Virus record (IMG/VR): IMGVR_UViG_3300017728_001586
DNA: 64,000 bases
Source: an uncultured virus (IMG/VR IMGVR_UViG_3300017728_001586)
Taxonomy: Duplodnaviria > Heunggongvirae > Uroviricota > Caudoviricetes
Strand: one strand, 5' to 3'
Position numbers and translations under genes: made by a program. Below the pieces are notes generated by a model. It did not search any database. It saw only the letters and a program-made list of their open reading frames with translations, and had not been told where the DNA came from. Below, piece after piece: positions 38,950-45,994 of this stretch; the stretch's first letter is position 1, and every line of letters begins with the position of its first letter.

Positions 38950-38955
38950 AATTTA

Positions 38956-39771
38956 TTAGCCCATCATGTCCATGGGTAACATGTCATGATTTAGTCTTGC
39001 CTCTTCTTCGAGTCTTGTTATTTCTTCTTGTGCCTCTTGTTTCATCTGTTGTCCATCTAGTGTCACACCACCTGGTAATGCGATACCTGAGAATTTAGAT
39101 AAGTTCTCTCCCCACTGATATTTACATAATGCAGTTGCATATTTTTTTAACCACATGTCATTGTATACATCTGTAAAGTTATTTGGGTCTATCTTTCTAT
39201 AACATTCAATAACAATATACTCACCTTCATGTACAAAGTTTGAGTCCATGTGTAAGTATAATCTGTTTTGATGTTGATTGTAATTGATTGGTGTTCTACC
39301 AATAAGAATGTGATTCATTGTTTGAATCTGTTGTTGAACCATTTCATAGTGCAACATGTTAGTAGCGTTCATACTATATAAATCATTTAATCTTAACTGA
39401 TATCTAATGTCCCACATGTTGAGCGCTGACTTATCATTGAATGGAAATATGTTCATAACTGCCATAACAAACTCTGGAAGAACAATGTAATTTTGTTGTT
39501 GTTTGAATTGTTCGTCTGTATATGCGTGAGTACCAGCTGCGCTTTCAGTGAATGATTCATCACTCTTCATTGTTTGTTTTTTGGTACCTGTCATCTGATG
39601 TTTTAGATAACATTTAATCGTTCCATCGTAATGATAATTGTAGAAGTATTGAAGTGCTTCGTCTATTCTATCATCAAACTGGTCTTCATCGATGTTGATT
39701 TCCAGAACAGGTGCACCAAGTTTTCTTTTGATGTACTCTTTGAATGTTGCTTTACTGTTTGGAGTTGCCAT
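38956..39771 (-). CDS. gp13: Neck protein gp13
   Basis: LGAPVLEIN, WLKKYATAL, QWGENLSKF, LPGGVTLDG. Confidence 0.92.
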   Translation of the reverse strand: MATPNSKATFKEYIKRKLGAPVLEINIDEDQFDDRIDEALQYFYNYHYDGTIKCYLKHQMTGTKKQTMKSDESFTESAAGTHAYTDEQFKQQQNYIVLPEFVMAVMNIFPFNDKSALNMWDIRYQLRLNDLYSMNATNMLHYEMVQQQIQTMNHILIGRTPINYNQHQNRLYLHMDSNFVHEGEYIVIECYRKIDPNNFTDVYNDMWLKKYATALCKYQWGENLSKFSGIALPGGVTLDGQQMKQEAQEEITRLEEEARLNHDMLPMDMMG

Positions 39772-39795
39772 AGTAGTATTTCCTGTTTATACTAC

Positions 39796-39803
39796 TATTT
39801 ATA
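39796..39803 (-). promoter_or_regulatory. Late promoter TATAAATA
   Basis: Exact motif upstream of gp13. Confidence 0.75.
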
Positions 39804-39809
39804 TGAATT

Positions 39810-40070
39810 CTAATCTTGGAAAAAAGTTTTTGTTTGTAGTCTATCTATCTTCTCATCTATACGCTCTATAGAATCGATAATTCTCTGAAAAGACTTCTCC
39901 ATCTGTTCTCTAGTGACATAATCCTTGGCGATTTCTTCTCTTGTTTTATTGATAAGAATATCCATTCTCTTTTGTTCAGCAAAGATTCCTCGAATCATCC
40001 ATCCGACAGGAACTACTACAACAGTAAGAACAATATTCCAAAGTAAGTGTGGGTCTATGACTATATCCAT
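39810..40070 (-). CDS. Single-TM coiled-coil protein
   Basis: N-terminal TM, YVTRE, C-terminal heptads. Confidence 0.65.
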   Translation of the reverse strand: MDIVIDPHLLWNIVLTVVVVPVGWMIRGIFAEQKRMDILINKTREEIAKDYVTREQMEKSFQRIIDSIERIDEKIDRLQTKTFFQD

Positions 40071-40090
40071 ATTGTTATTTATGAATATGA

Positions 40091-40801
40091 CTACTGTATC
40101 AACTTACCAAATCTATCTGTTCTGAACACTAAACCCATGTTTTCTTTATGCCATTCTTCGCCATTCTCTTCAATAAGAGTTTCTCCATCGGGATGTTGAA
40201 TCTCTATATTAAACGATATACTATATCTATCTTTATCTGTCGTGTTTGGTTCAACCATATGCATGGTGCCACTAGGAAATAAAAGTATGTCTCCAGTTTT
40301 TGGTTGCCAACCCCAAGATTCTTCCATTCTAGGTGAAGATAGAGCCATTCCAACATAGTGTTTAGTTGTTTCTATAAACTTAATATCTCCCTCGTCTCCG
40401 TCTGCCCTAATATAACATGCACCAGAATAAGTACAACCATTATGTAAATGTGGTGCATTATATCCACCTGGATAGTTTATGTTTCCCCATGAGTTATGCA
40501 TAACACATTGAGCAGTTCCTTTTTCAAATCCACAATAACCCATAATCTCTTCCGTCACTGTTCTTTTAATTTGTCTCATCAACTTATTGAATATGGGATT
40601 GTTATCGATACCATCGTTTGATTGCCAACCGAGACCTTTATTAGACCTTCTTCTACCTTCACGGTCTCTAGTTCTCATAGCGTCCATTTCATCCTTCAAC
40701 ATTTGAAAATACTCTGGCGTCAATCCTTCCACTTTGTCTTCTGGATTATATAACCATTCTCTAATACAAATTACTGCTGGACTAAATAATTTAATCGCCA
40801 T
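40091..40801 (-). CDS. 2OG-Fe(II) oxygenase (TIGR02466-like)
   Basis: GWQS, WGNIN, PHLH, SGACY, LFPS..H.V.PN, RYSISFN. Confidence 0.88.
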   Translation of the reverse strand: MAIKLFSPAVICIREWLYNPEDKVEGLTPEYFQMLKDEMDAMRTRDREGRRRSNKGLGWQSNDGIDNNPIFNKLMRQIKRTVTEEIMGYCGFEKGTAQCVMHNSWGNINYPGGYNAPHLHNGCTYSGACYIRADGDEGDIKFIETTKHYVGMALSSPRMEESWGWQPKTGDILLFPSGTMHMVEPNTTDKDRYSISFNIEIQHPDGETLIEENGEEWHKENMGLVFRTDRFGKLIQ

Positions 40802-41627
40802 CTATTTCTCCTTTATGAAATGGACACTCTGGTGGAGGTTCCATTTCTTTGAAATTCTTACCTTTTTGTTTCCAATGTCCTTCACTTCTATATGCACCCA
40901 TATTGTTGGGTTTCTCTTTTAATAGTTTATCGTACTTCTCTCTGTTTACTTGGTCCATGCTAGGAAGTTCTTGTACTCTTTCTTCGGTTCTATCTTTGTG
41001 CCATCCAGCAGTGTCTTTTAACTGATAAGTCGATACCCATTCTTCTCTTTTAAAAGGTATAACTTGAACTAGGGGAGTTCCTTTTGGTATAACAAACGAA
41101 TGACTAACTTTAGGATAGAAAATAATTTGTGAATTGTCTTGATTGATATTAAAGTCATCTGTATCTATAACACCTTGCCATGTTGCAAAATGATTGTTTT
41201 GAAATAAAAAGGGGTCTAAATAGAAACAAGAATAACCTTTTGGCGTTATTATATTCCAAGCATTTCTCATTTTAAATGCATCTTTAATTGGACCTTCTTC
41301 CCCCAAATAACTGAATGAGTGTGCAAACTGAGCTGCAGGATGAGAAGGAGATGCTTGAGATTGTGAAACCTCTTTGCCAAATTCTTGAGTATATGTTTTG
41401 CCGTTATCAAAAACAACTTCCATATCTCTATTTGCAAGAATATACCAACCAGATTTTAACCAATCATCCATTGCCGGACAAGCACGAATAGTCTGTATTC
41501 TTTGTCCTCTATCGTGTTGAAAGACTTTCATCTTTTTCCACCAATCAGGACTTAACGATTTAGCAAGAACTGGTTTCCAGTCTCTAAGACTCTCTTCGTT
41601 AAATGTAGTGAAATCTATCGTTGGCAT
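40791..41627 (-). CDS. DUF6065-like protein
   Basis: TIRACP, W-x-I-x-TPKGYS, GVIDTD, IPKGTPLVQVIPFKRE. Confidence 0.65.
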   Translation of the reverse strand: MPTIDFTTFNEESLRDWKPVLAKSLSPDWWKKMKVFQHDRGQRIQTIRACPAMDDWLKSGWYILANRDMEVVFDNGKTYTQEFGKEVSQSQASPSHPAAQFAHSFSYLGEEGPIKDAFKMRNAWNIITPKGYSCFYLDPFLFQNNHFATWQGVIDTDDFNINQDNSQIIFYPKVSHSFVIPKGTPLVQVIPFKREEWVSTYQLKDTAGWHKDRTEERVQELPSMDQVNREKYDKLLKEKPNNMGAYRSEGHWKQKGKNFKEMEPPPECPFHKGEIDGD

Positions 41628-42333
41628 TATATAATTCTTCCTTATCTACTAGTTCTATCTCGTCACCCCTAAGTACGATAGAACATCTATCTGCATATCG
41701 AGCTCGTTCTGTTGGTGCATCTGCACCATGTGGTATTCTTCCATCAAACATTAACAATCTGTTTGGTTTAAACTCTATACTTCCTATAGAATGTTTTTCT
41801 ATGTGTTCTTCTCTTCCATCTAAACCGGCTTGATAAACACCTTTATCATAAAATCTTAAATCTCCACCCCATGCAGGATTCCAGAATTTATTGTAGTAAT
41901 ATAGAAATGATAGGTTCCATTCATCTTGTTCATCACAATCACAATGAGTTGTACCATGTTGACCATGAGTTTGAGAATTGGTTCCCATATACTGAAATCT
42001 TTTCCATTTAAAACCAAAGTCTGTACATATTCTTCTGTTCAACCATCTAGCGTGTTCTACACTTTCGGTTGTTTCTCCATATTCCATTTCTGGATTACCA
42101 TAATCATCTGTTTTAAAGAATGATGCACCCCAAAGTTGATGATGAGGTAAACCTGTGGGATGTTGTGCGTTTACTTGATTTTGTTTAGCCCACCTAGGAC
42201 CTTCAGAAGTTTTACGATGAATCCATCGATGTATAGAAGTCTCTAAGTAATCATCGATTACATAGACTTTATTTCCTAAAGGAAAGTCTTTAATAGTAAA
42301 AGGTTTATCTACCTTGACTATTTCTAGGGACAT
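41599..42333 (-). CDS. 2OG-Fe(II) oxygenase (prolyl-hydroxylase-like)
   Basis: HCD, WNPAWGGDL, KPNRLLMFDGRIPH, R.S. Confidence 0.88.
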   Translation of the reverse strand: MSLEIVKVDKPFTIKDFPLGNKVYVIDDYLETSIHRWIHRKTSEGPRWAKQNQVNAQHPTGLPHHQLWGASFFKTDDYGNPEMEYGETTESVEHARWLNRRICTDFGFKWKRFQYMGTNSQTHGQHGTTHCDCDEQDEWNLSFLYYYNKFWNPAWGGDLRFYDKGVYQAGLDGREEHIEKHSIGSIEFKPNRLLMFDGRIPHGADAPTERARYADRCSIVLRGDEIELVDKEELYNANDRFHYI

Positions 42334-42336
42334 AAA

Positions 42337-42888
42337 CTACTCTATTAATGCTTTTTGTGGAGGTGGGAATCTATTAATATATTCTTCTACATCTGGAAGT
42401 AAATCTTCTCTAGTTGATTTTACATCATTCATAACATTTACATAGATGTTCCACAGTACATCATAGTATTCCAATACTCTTCTTGCATCTGACCTTAAAG
42501 GATGATTTGAACCATCTCTACCTGCAGCCATAACATCTACCAGACTTTCAAATCCATAAGATTGAATTTGTTGGTCTAAGTAATTTCTACCAACATCATT
42601 AATTTGTTGACTGTATTGATTGGATAATGTCACATCGGAAGGTGGAACAGAATTTTCAATGTAGTTTTCGATTGCATCTAACTCAACATCTGTTAATGAA
42701 ATTTTTTCTTGTTCATCAAACTGAACATTGTCTTTCCATTCCATAATCTTGACTTCGATGTCATCATAGATAAGAACATCATACTCAAACCCCAAATTAG
42801 GTTTATCGACATTATCATGTCTCCATTCTAGGCCATTTGGTTTTCTAATAGTGAGATGACCATTCTCACAATAAATTAACATATTCAT
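42337..42888 (-). CDS. Hypothetical protein, resembles tail-fibre accessory/chaperone proteins
   Basis: LD..QSYGFES...W......LP C-terminal pattern. Confidence 0.5.
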   Translation of the reverse strand: MNMLIYCENGHLTIRKPNGLEWRHDNVDKPNLGFEYDVLIYDDIEVKIMEWKDNVQFDEQEKISLTDVELDAIENYIENSVPPSDVTLSNQYSQQINDVGRNYLDQQIQSYGFESLVDVMAAGRDGSNHPLRSDARRVLEYYDVLWNIYVNVMNDVKSTREDLLPDVEEYINRFPPPQKALIE

Positions 42889-42902
42889 AACAACTCCATA
42901 AT

Positions 42903-44450
42903 TTAGTTTTGATGTTTGTTTTTAAATCTTTCATACATATTTAGGTGTTCTATTTCAGAAGTATCCATACCTTCAATCCAAGGACCGCCTCTAGTATAAT
43001 GTATAGCACAAGCACGCCACTTTTCTTCTTGTGTATCATGCCCCTCAGTTATAACATACCATTCTGGTATTTCTGATATCTTATCTGTCCATTCAAATTG
43101 ATGTAGATATTTACCACTTTCAGTATTGATAACTTCTGGTGTAAGTTTTTTACAGTCTTCATGACCATTATTAAATATCATTAATGATGACCAAAGTTTT
43201 TTAGGATAAGATACATTCTTTTCACCGTTAAATTTTGTTTCAGCATAAGTATCAAAATCATACTGAACACATGCAACTGCATCATCTAAATCTAAGTAGT
43301 AGAACATTGGTAAGATACTTTCATTGAATAGTATATCATCATCAATAAAAATACTAAATCCTTCATAGTTTTCTAAGTAAGGAATTAAGAATCTACTATA
43401 TGTGAACTCTGTTGATTGAGCTGCATACTCTCTATTATACTCTGGAATCTTTGATATGTCAAGAAACTTTATCTCAGGAGTCCAATCTCCTAATATATCA
43501 TGTACATCACCACGACCTGCTCCAAATAATATACTACTCTTAAGACATTTAGCACTTAGTTCTGCAATGTCTTTGTGTCTACTATCATATCCGACATAGA
43601 TTGTCAAGGGTTTGCCAGCAGAAAGTTTATTTACTTTTTTATTGAAGTCTGTCACATCTCCTCTGAAGTTCATCTTCAATAAGTCACTATGTATTTCTAA
43701 ATATCCACGAGTGAATGAAAACGACATTGAGTAGTGGGCTGCATTTCTTTCTACAAGTTGCGACTTCATTTCCTCAATCATTTCATCTATGGGTGTTTCT
43801 GGAAGAGGTATAGCATCGTGGTCATCCCATATCCATAAATCTAAGTCTGGGTCATCCATAGTTTCGAAAACACCTGAACGAACAGAACCTGGATGTATAG
43901 ATAACTGATACATTCGTTCATCTCTGGAGTTCATACCTGCTGTAGCTACAGTACCTTGAATTGCATTCCATAGACCTTCTTTTCTGATACTATCGACTAA
44001 CCAATGTGCCTTTGCACCATGATAATATACAGCATTAAGACTACCATCTTGTTGTTCGCTTAACTTAGTACCTGTAAATTCTTCTATCTTTTGATATTCA
44101 TCATTTGAATTTTTAAAATCCATACCTGCAATTCCTGGTTTTGGATTTTCGGGTGGTGCAGTGTATCCTTTAGAAAGAAAGTAATGATATGCCCATGAAT
44201 GAGATTGTAGTTTGTTCCAACCAAGAAACTTTTGTTCCTTGATTAACTTAGTCATATCACCCCATTTGACCTGTTTTAATTTTCCTGTTTTGTTCGCTGT
44301 CACCCATTTTAAAGATTTATATGCTTCTGTTTCTTTATAATCTTTTGATACATCAAAAGAACCCAACTGAACATGTGTGTTCTTATCTGTTGGATCCCAA
44401 TCTTTGAGAAGTTCCTTTGTGTGCTCGAGTGAGTCTGATTTTACGCTCAT
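42903..44450 (-). CDS. Two-domain protein: unknown (ParB/Srx-like) N-terminus + GT-A glycosyltransferase
   Basis: IYVGYDSR, STEFTYSRFLIPYL, DxD motif FIDDDIL, YPKKLWSSLMIFN, LHQFEW, HYTRGGPW. Confidence 0.85.
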   Translation of the reverse strand: MSVKSDSLEHTKELLKDWDPTDKNTHVQLGSFDVSKDYKETEAYKSLKWVTANKTGKLKQVKWGDMTKLIKEQKFLGWNKLQSHSWAYHYFLSKGYTAPPENPKPGIAGMDFKNSNDEYQKIEEFTGTKLSEQQDGSLNAVYYHGAKAHWLVDSIRKEGLWNAIQGTVATAGMNSRDERMYQLSIHPGSVRSGVFETMDDPDLDLWIWDDHDAIPLPETPIDEMIEEMKSQLVERNAAHYSMSFSFTRGYLEIHSDLLKMNFRGDVTDFNKKVNKLSAGKPLTIYVGYDSRHKDIAELSAKCLKSSILFGAGRGDVHDILGDWTPEIKFLDISKIPEYNREYAAQSTEFTYSRFLIPYLENYEGFSIFIDDDILFNESILPMFYYLDLDDAVACVQYDFDTYAETKFNGEKNVSYPKKLWSSLMIFNNGHEDCKKLTPEVINTESGKYLHQFEWTDKISEIPEWYVITEGHDTQEEKWRACAIHYTRGGPWIEGMDTSEIEHLNMYERFKNKHQN

Positions 44451-44487
44451 AATATAGTTCCTTAATTTCTACACTAATATTTAGTGA

Positions 44488-45954
44488 TTAGGAATTAACA
44501 GGTGTTCCTGGCCATGTTTGTGACAATGAACCATCCCAACGGATAACAGGTGTTTGACCTTGTCTAGCATATGTACTAGGTGACCTATGTTGATAAGTCG
44601 TTGGTGTCTGACCTTGTCTAGCATATGTAGAAGGACTTCTATGTTGATAAGTCGTTGGTGTTTGACCTTGTCTAGCATATGTAGAAGGACTCTGATGTTG
44701 ATATGTAAGAGGTGTCTGACTATTTGCAGGATTTCTGTAAGTAAACGGACTTCTATGGTCATATGTTAAAGGAGACCTGTGGTCATATGTCAACGGACTT
44801 CTATGGTCATATGTAAATGGAGTCTGATTATTTCTTATAAACGGATTCTGAGCATTTACAGGATTCTGATAGTTCGCTGTTGTTTGTCTGTTTCTAATAT
44901 TAGGTTCTTGTTGAGCTCTAATATTAGGTTCTTGTTGTGACCTTATGTTTGGTTCTTGAGCATTTCTAATAAACGGATTTTGTGCATTAGCAATATACGG
45001 AGATTGTGCATTTCTAATATTAGGTTCTTGCGTTACCGTTTGACCTGAACGAATATTAGGTTCTTGTTTTGCCCTAATATTAGGTTGTTGAGCATTACTA
45101 GGTGATTGAGCATCTCTAATATTAGGTTCTTGTTGATTCTTAATAGTAGGTTGTTGAGCACTCTGCTGTTTGTTTCTAATATTAGGTTCTTGTTGTGACC
45201 TTATGTTTGGTTCTTGTGCTGACTGTTGCGCTGAACGAATATTAGGTTCTTGTTGTGACCTTATGTTTGGTTCTTGTGCATTTGAAGTGGTTTGTGCGTT
45301 TGCAATATAAGGTGTTTGTCTGTTTCTAATATTAGGTTCTTGTGCATTTGCAGTGTTTTGTCTGTTTGCAATATAAGGTGTTTGTGCATTTCTGATATTA
45401 GGTTCTTGAGCTGCACTAGCCCCTTGTGCATTAGCAATGTAAGGAGTCTGAAAGTTTCTGATATTTGGTTCTTGAGCAGACTGTTGAGAATCTCTTATAT
45501 TAGGTTCTTGTTTGTTCTTAATTGTAGGTTGCTGAGCATTACTAGGTGACTGAGCATCTCTAATATTAGGTTCTTGTTGGTTTCTAATATTAGGTTGTTG
45601 TATGCTTCTAATATTGGGTTGCTGATTGTTCCTTATATTAGGTTCTTGATTATTCGCAATGTATGGACTCTGGAAAGTATAAGGTTGTTGACCAGTATAA
45701 GGAGTCTGACCATTCTTAATAGTAGGTTGTTGATTATTTCTAATATTAGGTTGTTGATTATTCGCAATATAAGGACTCTGGAAAGTATAAGGAGTCTGAC
45801 CAGTATAAGGAGTCTGACCAGATGCAATATATGGCGACTGATATGTAAATGGTTGTTGACCAGTATAAGGTTGCTGGCCATTAGCAATAGACGGAGTTTG
45901 CACATTAGAAGTGCTTGGCGATTGAGCGATGCCAATTAGAGGTTGCTGTGGCAT
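44488..45954 (-). CDS. Repeat protein B1 (QEPNIR-rich; mirror partner of 45995..48097)
   Basis: 488 aa of 4/6/8/10-residue Pro-anchored units; GGGAG RBS. Confidence 0.85.
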   Translation of the reverse strand: MPQQPLIGIAQSPSTSNVQTPSIANGQQPYTGQQPFTYQSPYIASGQTPYTGQTPYTFQSPYIANNQQPNIRNNQQPTIKNGQTPYTGQQPYTFQSPYIANNQEPNIRNNQQPNIRSIQQPNIRNQQEPNIRDAQSPSNAQQPTIKNKQEPNIRDSQQSAQEPNIRNFQTPYIANAQGASAAQEPNIRNAQTPYIANRQNTANAQEPNIRNRQTPYIANAQTTSNAQEPNIRSQQEPNIRSAQQSAQEPNIRSQQEPNIRNKQQSAQQPTIKNQQEPNIRDAQSPSNAQQPNIRAKQEPNIRSGQTVTQEPNIRNAQSPYIANAQNPFIRNAQEPNIRSQQEPNIRAQQEPNIRNRQTTANYQNPVNAQNPFIRNNQTPFTYDHRSPLTYDHRSPLTYDHRSPFTYRNPANSQTPLTYQHQSPSTYARQGQTPTTYQHRSPSTYARQGQTPTTYQHRSPSTYARQGQTPVIRWDGSLSQTWPGTPVNS

Positions 45955-45994
45955 TAGATTTTACTCCCTAATCTTAATTTAATTATCATCTTCA

